Part shown: one piece after another, positions 1 to 9,547 of the stretch
Layout: each line of letters opens with the position of its first letter
Numbering within the stretch: the first letter of the stretch is position 1
Notes under the pieces: model-generated
What the model was told of the DNA's origin: nothing
Seen by the model: the letters and a program-made list of their open reading frames with translations, nothing else
The model's database searches: none
Position numbers and translations under genes: made by a program
From: Rubripirellula sp.
Lineage (GTDB): Bacteria; Planctomycetota; Planctomycetia; Pirellulales; Pirellulaceae
Reading direction: 5' to 3'
Assembly (NCBI GenBank): GCA_965216875.1
Contig: OZ244207.1
Coordinates: 7,776,001-7,840,000, forward strand
DNA: 64,000 bases

Positions 1-432
1 TCCGACATAGACGCCTCCGTAGCCGAGCGCGATGCCTGAGGTAAACGTCAACTGATCGGTGAACGTCTTTTTTTTGTCGAAGACGCCATCGCTGTCGGTG
101 TCTTCGAGGATTTGGATTCGAGTGACTTTGTCGTCAGTGTGTTCGCGTCGCGTTCGGTAATTGAAGTTCTCGACGACCCACATCCGTCCCCGGTCATCAA
201 AGCAGAACGCAATCGGCTCGCCGATATCAGGTTCCGAGGCAAACACGTTCACCGCAAAGCCGTCTGGGATCGCCATCTTGGCGACCGCTTCGGCTGGTTT
301 TAGAAAGGGCGCTTCGCTGGTGCGATGTTGTTTTTTGGGAAGCTGGTTTCGCGTTTCGTCCGCACGGGTGATGACGGCTAGCGAGACCAAGCAAAGAAAC
401 GAGCAAATTCGGTGTAGGTCAATGCGGTTCAT
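1..432 (-). CDS. PVC-type membrane-bound dehydrogenase (beta-propeller) domain protein, 5' part; runs off the window start
   Basis: Not in the ORF track; translated by hand from ATG at 432: MNRIDLHRICSFLCLVSLAVITRADE...IPDGFAVNVFASEPDIGEPIAFCFDDRGRMWVVE...RIQILEDTDSDGVFDKKKTF. This matches the N-terminal domain of planctomycete PVC-type heme-binding proteins. The start overlaps the upstream stop (ATGA, 429-432). Confidence 0.85.
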   Translation of the reverse strand, partial: MNRIDLHRICSFLCLVSLAVITRADETRNQLPKKQHRTSEAPFLKPAEAVAKMAIPDGFAVNVFASEPDIGEPIAFCFDDRGRMWVVENFNYRTRREHTDDKVTRIQILEDTDSDGVFDKKKTFTDQLTFTSGIALGYGGVYVG

Positions 433-1616
433 TTGGCAGGCTCCACTTGCTCGGTCGTGCGGAGGTATTTGATCAAGTCGAGTACTTGTCGCGGCTTGAG
501 TTGGTCGAGTTGGCCGTCGGGCATCATTGACTTTGCCGAAACCTTGCGACGTTCGATATCTTCTTTGGCGATCGTGACCCTTGGTTGTTCGACGGTTTTC
601 AGGACCACGCGTCGACTGTCTTCTTCGGCGATCACTCCGCTGACCAACCTTCCGTCGACCGTTTGAATCATGACCATCTTGTAGCCGTCAGGGACGTCGT
701 AACTCGGGTCAATGCTGTTGAGCAGGATGTAATCGAGGTTGGCGCGGTTCGAACCGGTCAGGTCGGGCCCAATCTTGGCACCTTCGCCATAAAGCAGATG
801 GCACGAGGCACACGTCTTTTGAAACACGACGCGGCCGCGCGATGCATCGGCTTTATCCATGGCGTCGGGGGTGATCAGTTTTTTGTACTCGGCCATCGCC
901 TTTTGTCGATCGGCTGCGAGTTGGCGAACGTCTCCAAAAGCGGAGGTGAATTCATCACCAAGCAGCAGACTCATCGAACGTGCGACGTGGGGTGGAATCG
1001 CTTGCTTCGGAATCGACTCGTTCTTCAACGCGGCGAGCAGCGGGGCGGCGTAAGGTTTGCGCGTCGCAAGCGTCTCGATCACGGCACGTTGCTGCGATTC
1101 ATCGAGTTTCGGATAGAGACCCAGAAGCAATTCGGGTGCAAACGGATGTTCGATGGCAGCGTAGCCACGAATTGCGTCGAGCCGCATTGCTGGGTCGTCA
1201 AGCAGTTTTTCAAGGAGCGGCCCCACTTCCTCGACCTGTTGATCGAGCAGCGATTGCAAGGCTTTGCGTCGAGCCGCGATGTTGGCACCAGCGTCGCTTG
1301 CTGTTGCAAGTGATCGCATCATAGCTGCGCGGTCACCAAAGAGTTGTGACAGTTGGTCCGACAAATGTCGGACGTTTGCGTCGGAGCTTTTTGCGAGCTT
1401 GGCGCTGATGCGTTTCCAGGTCGGCGGGGCCTGCACGTTGCGTTGTCCGTCAAGACCGCTCAGGATTCCGCGGATCAGACTGGCTTGGATGGCTGAATCG
1501 TCGGTTTGTTCAATCGTGTTGACGATGAGGGCAAGTGTGTCTGGTTCGTCATTTGCCTGGCATGGGTTGGGCCAACAGGACAAGAATGCCGCGATCACAA
1601 TCGGCAGTGCTTTCAT
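429..1616 (-). CDS. HEAT-repeat plus c-type cytochrome protein (Pirellula/Verrucomicrobium-type heme-binding domain)
   Basis: Signal peptide MKALPIVIAAFLSC at 1616 (preferred over the 1793 start), helical repeats, then GRVVFQKTCASCH...GPDLTG...SIDPS...SMMPDG. Confidence 0.88.
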   Translation of the reverse strand: MKALPIVIAAFLSCWPNPCQANDEPDTLALIVNTIEQTDDSAIQASLIRGILSGLDGQRNVQAPPTWKRISAKLAKSSDANVRHLSDQLSQLFGDRAAMMRSLATASDAGANIAARRKALQSLLDQQVEEVGPLLEKLLDDPAMRLDAIRGYAAIEHPFAPELLLGLYPKLDESQQRAVIETLATRKPYAAPLLAALKNESIPKQAIPPHVARSMSLLLGDEFTSAFGDVRQLAADRQKAMAEYKKLITPDAMDKADASRGRVVFQKTCASCHLLYGEGAKIGPDLTGSNRANLDYILLNSIDPSYDVPDGYKMVMIQTVDGRLVSGVIAEEDSRRVVLKTVEQPRVTIAKEDIERRKVSAKSMMPDGQLDQLKPRQVLDLIKYLRTTEQVEPAK

Positions 1617-1728
1617 GTGGTTGCTCGAGAAGGGCAAGGCGGGAAGGAAAAGGCAAAGGCAGGAGAGGGACATATTAACCGCTAGTGACTGGGCGTGTGT
1701 CACTTCTTGTCCTGGGGGCGGGAGATTC

Positions 1729-2346
1729 CTAGCTGACGGGGCCGGAATCGTCGGATGGCTTCTGCATATCTTCAGCCGCTTCCGAACCGCCAATGAGTGG
1801 CTCTGGAGGGATGATCAAGCCCATCAGCAACTCGCCTCTTGGAAGATCGCCTTTGCGGCGTTTGATAGTGATAGGAATCGCTACACACTGGCTGCTCAAC
1901 GCACACTCGAAGGCTTCGCTCATCGTCTCGCAGTAATGAACGTTTTGCTCACACTCGTTGCAGTAGCGGACTTTGGGCTCCGTCGTTGATTGGAGTTTGT
2001 CCCACTGCTTGGGGCATTCAAGTTGAAACTTCACCTGTGAGTGATTGGGGCGGTTTCGAGACGCTTGCTCTTCCGCAATGTCGCACAATTCGATTGGTGG
2101 GCGATCCATCGTCAAGAGCCATCCGAAATCGATTCCCTCGCGCAATGTTGCAAGTTGCTTGCGATTTTTTTCGCGTTTCCGCTTTGAGAGGTTGGGCCCG
2201 GACTGACGCCACGCGATCTCTTCTCGCAGGTAACCTGCTTGTTTGACACTCCCGTTCTCTTCAAGCCAGTCCGCGTAGACAAGGCGGTAAGAGTCGTTGT
2301 CGGGGTTTTTGCGGATTTGTTCGATCAGGTCCTGTTCATCGAGCAT
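1729..2346 (-). CDS. TIGR02996 domain protein with Cys-rich C-terminal module
   Basis: N-terminus IRKNPDNDSYRLVYADWLEENG is the TIGR02996 motif; C-terminus CPKQWDKL...RYCNECEQNVHYC...CVAI. Confidence 0.8.
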   Translation of the reverse strand: MLDEQDLIEQIRKNPDNDSYRLVYADWLEENGSVKQAGYLREEIAWRQSGPNLSKRKREKNRKQLATLREGIDFGWLLTMDRPPIELCDIAEEQASRNRPNHSQVKFQLECPKQWDKLQSTTEPKVRYCNECEQNVHYCETMSEAFECALSSQCVAIPITIKRRKGDLPRGELLMGLIIPPEPLIGGSEAAEDMQKPSDDSGPVS

Positions 2347-2441
2347 GCGAGATCCCCTTTCCTGGCTGTGAAGTATCGAGATGAGTTGGTCGTGTGCCTC
2401 AGTTGTTTCGTTCCTGATCCATCGTGTCTCCATGGGCGAAA

Positions 2442-2924
2442 TTATTGGTCGGCAGGTCCTCCCTCCGCCTCGTCTTTTGGAACGAGGAAGCTGAGGTGAT
2501 GTCCAGCGTGAATCCACATGAATTGACGCCAGTCGTCGACTTTCAAGTTATCGAGCAGGGCGTAGTCATCCATCGATCCGTCAAACGTCTCCGCTCGATT
2601 GCAGGTCTCGATGAACTTGTCGATCATCGCATCGTCGTCCGAGTCGGCTGGCTTTGGTTTGAGTGCTTTGAAGGTTGGGAAGCCCTTTCCTAGTTTTCGT
2701 TTCTTTAGGCAGTAGCTGAAGCTCCATTGGATAACGGTTGCCCGCAAAATCCATGGCAAGCGAAACCCAAAACCATCCATCCCTCCTTTCATTGTGGCGT
2801 TCAAATGTTCGCAACATTGAGTGAGGTTCCAGTTGCCGAGCTTTTGGTAACCGCATTCTCTAAGTTGCTGAACATCCTTGATGACTTGGTCAGCGCAGTG
2901 AAAATCGAGCTCACGGCGTTTCAT
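2442..2924 (-). CDS. DUF1569 (DinB-like) protein
   Basis: GNWNLTQCCEHL and WIHAGHHLSFL motifs; 160 aa. Confidence 0.8.
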   Translation of the reverse strand: MKRRELDFHCADQVIKDVQQLRECGYQKLGNWNLTQCCEHLNATMKGGMDGFGFRLPWILRATVIQWSFSYCLKKRKLGKGFPTFKALKPKPADSDDDAMIDKFIETCNRAETFDGSMDDYALLDNLKVDDWRQFMWIHAGHHLSFLVPKDEAEGGPADQ

Positions 2925-3183
2925 GGCGCACCCTGTGTGATTGGAAAAGCAGCTTTCGAACAGAGCCTTGTTCGATTTGAAAAGTGATGCCCAACCCGCC
3001 CGATGGGACCACTTCTGATTCTACTGCTTGTCCATCGAAGCTCGAATCCGAATGGCTGCTGAAACGATGCGGCAAGTCATCGCAGCCAATGTGCTTCACC
3101 TCACCAACGCATGTTCGCCGTCGAGGCTTTCGTGCATTGTGAAGCCGACACACACGACGCGGTTTGCGGCACGCGGGTTCGCG

Positions 3184-4335
3184 TTACGCAGGAATCGGCA
3201 GTCGCCGCTTGGCAATCGATGTGCCTGCGATTTGCGCGGTCGGCTTGCTCGTTTTGGAGGCTGGCTGATGGAAAGTGACGAAGCCGTAAAGTCGGGCCAG
3301 GCAAAACGTGCAAACGACACCGGCTAAGAACAGGATCAGCACAAAGGAATTTCCCGGTTCACCAGCAACCATCATTGCGGTGAAAACGCTGGCCATGAAA
3401 CAGGTCACCACCGCTGCGCGCGACGACCACTGGGTCACCAAGCAGACGAAGATGACGCCGGCCAGTGGGATGGTTACCCAAAACAGGGGTAGCGACTTGA
3501 GCCCAAAAGCAAGGAACAGAGCCGATGCTCCAGTGGCTTGCAGCAATTCCACAATTCCGAATCGAAGCGACGCTTGCCGCCACCGAGAGGTCTTGCGCGG
3601 CTGCCCGTGCCTGTGGTTGTGGATTTGATTGTTTCGACAGATCCGTTGTCCGGTCGATCGCGCTAGCAAGCCAAGACCGATTGGAACGGCAAGGATGGGC
3701 AGCAGGCAGGCGCTGTAGGTGAGTGCCCACAGGTGCGAACGCGCGTCCGAATAGATCGGGAGGAAGTAGAAAAGGCAAACCAACGCACCTGCTGGCAACG
3801 CGATGAGCCTCGTCGTGTCTGTCGAATCGGTATCGGCAATGGTCGTCGTCATCAACAAGGCGATCAACACGATCGTGTCGGCAAACACGCGAGCAACAGA
3901 GCGACAACGAGCACCTTCGCGAGCAAGCAGCAAAGCCCAGATCGCGGCTGTGAACGCGGTTGCCACGCGCAGAGCAAGAACGGCGGTGATCGATGTGGGC
4001 CGGTTTCTCACTTGCCCCGGCCCGGAAACTGGTCGCGTCGCGATTGCTAAGGTCGCTGTGGGCCTGAAGATGTCTGTGCCCGAATCCCAATTGCCAGCGC
4101 CGAAGTTGCCGGAGCCAGGCCCAAGGTTCGCCGCATCAGGTGCCAAGTTTGCTGACGTTGGCATCGCCACGCGGTGCGTGCGATCTTCGCCCGATTTGGG
4201 AGGGTGCGCATGGTCCGAAGGCGCCCAACTCACACACCATTGGCCGCACCAAACGATCGGTACGCTCAATAGGAGTAGAAGAGTTTGTGCCCGCGATGGA
4301 AGAAACGAAGTCCAGGTGCTTTCAATTTGACGCAC
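3184..4335 (-). CDS. Hypothetical multi-pass membrane protein
   Basis: 383-aa ORF with many hydrophobic segments and an RFGIVELL motif; start uncertain. Confidence 0.55.
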   Translation of the reverse strand: MRQIESTWTSFLPSRAQTLLLLLSVPIVWCGQWCVSWAPSDHAHPPKSGEDRTHRVAMPTSANLAPDAANLGPGSGNFGAGNWDSGTDIFRPTATLAIATRPVSGPGQVRNRPTSITAVLALRVATAFTAAIWALLLAREGARCRSVARVFADTIVLIALLMTTTIADTDSTDTTRLIALPAGALVCLFYFLPIYSDARSHLWALTYSACLLPILAVPIGLGLLARSTGQRICRNNQIHNHRHGQPRKTSRWRQASLRFGIVELLQATGASALFLAFGLKSLPLFWVTIPLAGVIFVCLVTQWSSRAAVVTCFMASVFTAMMVAGEPGNSFVLILFLAGVVCTFCLARLYGFVTFHQPASKTSKPTAQIAGTSIAKRRLPIPA

Positions 4336-4649
4336 GAGGTGGTGCCCACGACTGCGATGATTTGCCCATGGCCCGAATTGAGGGTTCGAGCCGAGCCCAT
4401 AAGATACAGCTTTAAGTTTCTTTGTGCGAACTTAATGAAGAAAATAGGTGAATTCACGTCACATTGCGGAGCTCAGCAAAGTGGTGCGATGACAGTTGCG
4501 ATCTTCAACAGAACGCGGGAAGCAATGGAGTGACCGCTCGCCGCCGCCCAACGCTCGGGCGACCGTTGCTACGTTGAATGCAAGGCCCACAGTTGGCGGT
4601 GGCACGCTACGCTAAACCAAACAATTGGTGTTCATTGGGAGGCGAATCG

Positions 4650-6035
4650 ATGGTCCGGCTCGGCAGTTTTCTTGTTTGTGTTTTGCTGTTTGGCTCGCAT
4701 GCAATGGCGCAGCGACCTGCGACGATTCAAGCGGTGTCCCAACGTTCGTTCGTCACCGGTGTGACGCCTGTGATCGGTCCTGGTGGTCGGGTTGGTGGTG
4801 TTCGGGTCGATGTTGATGGCTTTGTGCGGCGAGCGACCGAAGCGGTCGATGTTCGGCCACTTCCGGCTGGGATCGAGGTAAACCCACTCGCAAAACCGTC
4901 GCCGTTGCGGGTCGTGTCATTGGCGCGACTTGATGCAGCGATTGCCCAGCGCCTGCGTGCTGGAGAATCGATTACCGAAGCGATGTTCTTTCTGGCAGGA
5001 TTGAAGCGGGTCGAATACGTTTTTGCTCTGCCAGATTCCAACGACCTCGTCATCGCCGGACCGGCCGAAGGTTGGCGCATGTTCGATGATGGGATTGTCG
5101 TGGGAATCGACTCAGGTGACGCAATCCTGCGACTGGACGATTTGCTTGATGCACTACGGCATGCTCAGCAAGTGGAGCGGCGCAGGATTTCGTGTTCGAT
5201 TGAACCGACGGCCGCCGGATTGAAAGAGTACGCGAGAACAGTGAATCGGCGAGGCATTCGATTTAGCAAGCCAGTCGTGGAATCGCTCAAGCAGGCAATG
5301 GGCGACCAGCAAGTTCTCCTTGAAGGCTTGCCAGAGGACGGTCATTACTCTGCCGTCATGGTTGCGGCAGACTACATGATGAAACGGCTTGCGCTAGGGC
5401 TCGAGACTCGTCCCCCGGCCGACTTGCCCAACTACATGCAACTATTGCAGCGCTCTAAGGCACCTGCCCAAGTAGGCTCTCCGCGTTGGTGGGTGACGGC
5501 AGACTACGAACCAATCAACCATTCGCCCGATCGTCTTGCTTGGCGGGTCCGCGGCAAAGGGATTCGAACGTTGACAGAGGACAGTTTTTTGTCGGCCGAC
5601 GGTGAGCGGAAAGCCTCCAAGAGAGTGAACCCAGCTGCGACGAAATGGGCGACCATGATGACGGATCGATACGGTGACTTGGCGAAACGGTATCCCGTAT
5701 TCGGCCAGCTTCGCGGGTGCGTTGATCTTTCCGTCGTGGCGACATTGATCGCCCAACGCGATTTAATCAACGCAGCGGGGTGTGAGCTTCCAACACTGCT
5801 CGATGCGTCCGCTCTACGTGGGCCAACGTTTCATGTGCCGACCCGAGTGCCATCGGAAGCTTCGATGGTAAGGGGAAGGTCGGGGTGGATCGTGAGTATC
5901 TCAGGCGGCGTCGACATCGATCCCTGGGCGGTGGTCGCTTCGACTGAGTTGGATCCTAAGTTGGCCATCACTCAAAGGCAGGTTGCTGCACCCGACGATG
6001 CGACGTGGTGGTGGAGCGTTGATGTTGGCCATTGA
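4650..6035 (+). CDS. DUF1598 domain protein
   Basis: GGAGG upstream of ATG 4650; signal peptide; FFLAGL..VEYVF, LVIAGPAEGW, ISCSIEPT, MVAADYMMKRL, ISGGV motifs. Confidence 0.85.
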   Translation: MVRLGSFLVCVLLFGSHAMAQRPATIQAVSQRSFVTGVTPVIGPGGRVGGVRVDVDGFVRRATEAVDVRPLPAGIEVNPLAKPSPLRVVSLARLDAAIAQRLRAGESITEAMFFLAGLKRVEYVFALPDSNDLVIAGPAEGWRMFDDGIVVGIDSGDAILRLDDLLDALRHAQQVERRRISCSIEPTAAGLKEYARTVNRRGIRFSKPVVESLKQAMGDQQVLLEGLPEDGHYSAVMVAADYMMKRLALGLETRPPADLPNYMQLLQRSKAPAQVGSPRWWVTADYEPINHSPDRLAWRVRGKGIRTLTEDSFLSADGERKASKRVNPAATKWATMMTDRYGDLAKRYPVFGQLRGCVDLSVVATLIAQRDLINAAGCELPTLLDASALRGPTFHVPTRVPSEASMVRGRSGWIVSISGGVDIDPWAVVASTELDPKLAITQRQVAAPDDATWWWSVDVGH

Positions 6036-6043
6036 GTTGGCCG

Positions 6044-6856
6044 TTATCTCGTTGCGACATGTTCGGCAAAGAGGTGCTGCCACTCCGCCGGGATCTTGGC
6101 AAGCTGTTTGGGCGAAATCCGAACGGCCGGTTGCTCGCCAAAGTTCCACGATTCGTGAAACCAGGGACGCCGATACACCATGTACAAAATCGTTCGGTGC
6201 CGATCGCTTTGATTGGCCATGCCAGCATGTAACAGGCGGTAGTCCATCAAATAGGCGTCGCCTGCTTGGGCCATTGGCAACGACGCGCCCTCAAGTGATG
6301 GTTCTTCGACAAGCCTTTCGAGTAGATCACGCGTTCCAGCTTGGCGATGGGAACCCTCCCAGATTGCCGTCGTGCCCGTTCGTTCGTCGAGATCGCGAAG
6401 TGGTACCACCACCGTGACGGCGTGTGGCGGCAGCGAACCGCAGAGTTCTTCCGATTCGAAGAGTGGTGGGTAGTCGAAATGCGCCGGTTGGGCGTCGGCA
6501 CGTGCAAAGGCGACAACCGCACCAAAACTCGAGAGCGTGCAGTTCGCTCCGAGCAGGTTTTGGATGATCGGGAACCAACGTTGATTGGCATACAGCGATG
6601 CATCTCGAAACGGGCGTTTGAGTTTCAAGGAAATCATGAAACGTCGGTCGCCAACCAGCGCGAAGCGTTTTCGCAGTGTCGAGGTTGCGAGCGAGGCGTA
6701 TTGGTGATCGAACGCATCGGCCAGCTGTCCAACGAACTGGCGGTCGATCACATTGCGCAGCCAAAGTGCTCCATGTTCGCGAAACAGCGACGTTGCCGTG
6801 TCGCGTTCTTGTTCGGAGACTAAACGATTGGAATCAAGTGTCAGCGCGCTCTTCAT
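6044..6856 (-). CDS. Phytanoyl-CoA dioxygenase (PhyH) family 2OG-Fe(II) oxygenase
   Basis: QPAHFD (HxD), GTTAIWEGSH, AGDAYLMDYRLLHAGMAN...R motifs. Confidence 0.85.
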   Translation of the reverse strand: MKSALTLDSNRLVSEQERDTATSLFREHGALWLRNVIDRQFVGQLADAFDHQYASLATSTLRKRFALVGDRRFMISLKLKRPFRDASLYANQRWFPIIQNLLGANCTLSSFGAVVAFARADAQPAHFDYPPLFESEELCGSLPPHAVTVVVPLRDLDERTGTTAIWEGSHRQAGTRDLLERLVEEPSLEGASLPMAQAGDAYLMDYRLLHAGMANQSDRHRTILYMVYRRPWFHESWNFGEQPAVRISPKQLAKIPAEWQHLFAEHVATR

Positions 6857-7305
6857 GATTCTGAGTCGCCCGGATCGGCGGGTTCATCCCATGCTGCCTG
6901 TTCATCCCAAGCTGGTTGTTCGGCGGTCACGTCAAACGTTTTTTCCGCGATGGTTTTGCCATCCATCTCGAGGAACATTCGCCACGGACCAAGCTTGTCG
7001 TCGATCGGTTCCCAGATGGTGTCACCAAGGTAGAAATTCCAATCATTGGTTTTGACGTACACGTCACCGGTAAACGGTTTGCGGCGTGCGCCGCTTGCAT
7101 CGCGGATCCCTGGGTGATCGATGCAGTAGTGAATCAGTTGATTCTTGGCGTTCTTGACGTTCACGACGAACCCAAACTCAATGTCGATTTGCGCCGGAAC
7201 AGACGTGGTGACCTCAACGATTTGGGGTAAATCCTTCGCTTCGGAGTCCCACTTCGAATAGATTCCGAACGTTCGCATCGCGACTTCGGCTTTCCGTTTT
7301 GCCAT
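6853..7305 (-). CDS. DUF3859 domain protein
   Basis: MAKRK start, FGIYSKWD, IDIEFGFVVNV, YLGDTIWEP, AEKTF; 4-bp overlap with the PhyH gene. Confidence 0.8.
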   Translation of the reverse strand: MAKRKAEVAMRTFGIYSKWDSEAKDLPQIVEVTTSVPAQIDIEFGFVVNVKNAKNQLIHYCIDHPGIRDASGARRKPFTGDVYVKTNDWNFYLGDTIWEPIDDKLGPWRMFLEMDGKTIAEKTFDVTAEQPAWDEQAAWDEPADPGDSES

Positions 7306-7549
7306 GCAGCGTCGACTATACTTGGGTTGGGTTGTGAAATGAGGGCGTCGAGTCCGACATCATCTTTGGTCCTCATTAACTTGAATAGTCCCCCGCAACT
7401 TCGGTGTCGCCGTAACTTCGGAGTTCCAGCGGGGTTGTACGATTGCGAAAGTGTAAGCAGTGCGAAAGGCTGAGTTTCGCACGGGGATTACCCAAAAGTA
7501 GTGTGCGAGGATACCTTCATCGAGAGATAGGGCCCAAACGAGAGACGTC

Positions 7550-8362
7550 GTGATTCGATCCTTTATGTTCCTTTGGCTGATGGCCTCCTGTTGTTCGATC
7601 GCCGCAGCCCAGCAGGCGGTGCGCGACGCCAATCAGCTGACACTCCAGTTGCACGATGTGCGACTTGAGGACGTTCGCGATGCTGCGGCACTGGCTCAGG
7701 AGATCGTTGGTGCCGATCGTGTCGCATTGATTACGCCCACGCGACAAATTGCTGTCTTCGCCACGTTTGCGGACCAACGGCGTGTGACCGAGCAGCTCAA
7801 GGCTGCTGAAAAGACCGGCGTTCTGTATCAGGTTTTCAACTTGGCCGATGTGAATCGCGACAAGTTGGAGCAAGCGATTCGACGTTGGGTAATCAAAAAG
7901 AAACCGACGACACGGCCGTCCTTACCGTCGCCGGATGACGGCAAGGAAGCTTCGGAGACAAAGGATGCGGAAGCAACGACGGGGCTCGAAAAGGAAGCTC
8001 GCGATCCCATCGTGCTGCAGTATCAAGTCGATCCGCTCACCAATCGGATGCGTGTTTGGGGAAGCGACGATCAATTGAAGGTGGTCGGCCGCATCATCGA
8101 TTCCCTTGTTCGAGCGGATCGTCCCAATGGCGTTGAGACGACTGCCGAGACATCGCGTTTGGACCCAGCGGCGACAGGTGATGGGATTGAGGTGATGCCA
8201 CCTCCCAAGAACCCACCACGTGATGAGAGGCAAACCAATGAGTCGGCGATCCGCATGTTGCCCATGCCACGAGGACCGGTGTCCGTGACCTCAATCGATG
8301 AGCTCGACTTGTTGCTCATTCGTGGATCCGGTCCTGCCGACGCACCCGGTTCGGACCGGTGA
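7550..8362 (+). CDS. Secreted protein with secretin N-terminal (NolW-like) repeats and no secretin barrel
   Basis: Signal peptide; VDPLTNRMRVWGSDDQLKVVGRIIDSL repeat; ends just after GPVSVTSIDELDLLLIRG. Confidence 0.6.
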   Translation: MIRSFMFLWLMASCCSIAAAQQAVRDANQLTLQLHDVRLEDVRDAAALAQEIVGADRVALITPTRQIAVFATFADQRRVTEQLKAAEKTGVLYQVFNLADVNRDKLEQAIRRWVIKKKPTTRPSLPSPDDGKEASETKDAEATTGLEKEARDPIVLQYQVDPLTNRMRVWGSDDQLKVVGRIIDSLVRADRPNGVETTAETSRLDPAATGDGIEVMPPPKNPPRDERQTNESAIRMLPMPRGPVSVTSIDELDLLLIRGSGPADAPGSDR

Positions 8363-8436
8363 CCAGCGGCTCGCTGCCCTAGCCGATGGTCTGCATCGAA
8401 GCGTCAAGCTCTTGAGTTTGCCAAAACAGATCAAAG

Positions 8437-8530
8437 CGGAAGCGGATGGGAATCGAACCCACCAGGCATCGTTTCGGACGCCTCACTGGTTTTGAAGACC
8501 AGGGCGCTCACCAGAGTCACAAACGCTTCC
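8437..8530 (-). tRNA. selC: tRNA-Sec (anticodon UCA), CCA not encoded
   Basis: Reverse complement folds as GGAAGCGT-TT-[GTGACTC TGGT GAGCGC]-[CCTGGT CTTCAAA ACCAGT]-long variable arm AGGCGTC/GATGCCT-[GTGGG TTCGATT CCCAT]-CCGCTTCC-G. It has an 8/5 acceptor/T arrangement, 4-nt D loop, G discriminator and anticodon at 8493-8495. Confidence 0.93.
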
Positions 8531-8551
8531 GGGGTTTTTCAAGTTTGCGCA

Positions 8552-8590
8552 CATAAAAAGTACATAAAACTCTTAGGCCGCGATACTGCC
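8552..8590. repeat. 39-bp direct repeat, copy A, just upstream of selC
   Basis: CATAAAAAGTACATAAAACTCTTAGGCCGCGATACTGCC; 32/39 identical to 9548-9586 by manual alignment. Confidence 0.8.
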
Positions 8591-8766
8591 AGCCCTGAGC
8601 TTTTCTCCAACTGCCATCCGCAAAGTCACGAAGCGCTTTGGCGAGAAGTCTTTGCGATGTGGTGCGAGTGTTGGCCGAACCACGAACCTGGAACCACACT
8701 CTTTTTCATGCGATCGGCCGCGGAATGAAAAGCGAGACCACGCGAGCGGACGATGTGTTGTTTTGG

Positions 8767-9444
8767 CTACCGCAATTTCGCGCGTCTCCCTCCCCTCGAG
8801 ACAAGCAATCCCTCAATGCGCGTGCGGGCGTCACTTTGGACTTTGTGTATGTCAAGAACATCTAGCGGAGTAAAACCGTGGAAGTCACCGGCGTTCACGT
8901 CGCATCCGCTTTCAATCAACACCCTCGTAACGTCATAGTCTAATCCGTGGACTGCAATACCTAACGGTGTGAGCCCCGCTTCCAAGCCCTCCCCGTTTCT
9001 TGTCTCGTCGGTAGACTCAGTTGTTAAACACTGAAGTAGCCGGGCACCACCGGCGTCTAAGGGCTTCCCAACCTGTTGCTTAACGAAGTCCAAAATCGGC
9101 GTCCCACCCTCATCGTCCCTGTCGTCCAGATTAGCTCCGACTCCGATAAGAAAGAAACAAGCAGCGTACGCGTCGCAGGAAATAGCCATGGACACGGCCC
9201 CTACGTCGAACTTTGACTTTGAATTCCAATCAACTCCGCACTTTGAAAGGACAGCGAGCGAGTGCATTGCTCTGAGCTCATCGTCATCGTCGAGTGCACG
9301 CTCGAGTGCACGCCCAATCAACTGAAAGTCCAGTGACTCGCCTGACAGCATGTGCCCGGTACCCAACGCGATATCATGGGCGCGCAGCTGCTCTGACAAC
9401 TGTTTGCTGCAATCCAGACAGAAGCTATCTACGTCAATACTCAT
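8767..9444 (-). CDS. Ankyrin repeat protein
   Basis: GANLDDRDDEGGTPI and GLTPLGIAV...VLIESGCDVNAGDFHGFTPLD; ATG 9444 preferred. Confidence 0.8.
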   Translation of the reverse strand: MSIDVDSFCLDCSKQLSEQLRAHDIALGTGHMLSGESLDFQLIGRALERALDDDDELRAMHSLAVLSKCGVDWNSKSKFDVGAVSMAISCDAYAACFFLIGVGANLDDRDDEGGTPILDFVKQQVGKPLDAGGARLLQCLTTESTDETRNGEGLEAGLTPLGIAVHGLDYDVTRVLIESGCDVNAGDFHGFTPLDVLDIHKVQSDARTRIEGLLVSRGGRRAKLR

Positions 9445-9547
9445 CGACTCAAGTCGTTTGCACGGCAGTAACGGTTTATTTGAGCACCCTGGCACACTGC
9501 CCCGCGTTTAAGTGACTCTTCGTAATACGCCCGATCACGTACGCACC

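Noticed and set aside
8360..8436. UGA read-through of the secretin-like gene as a selenoprotein
   Set aside because: The downstream frame shows no secretin-like sequence and runs antisense into the tRNA.
8621..8638. CAAAGTCACGAAGCGCTT resembling the 5' end of selC (possible att duplication)
   Set aside because: Only about 15/18 with a gap, and part of a local palindrome; too weak to call.
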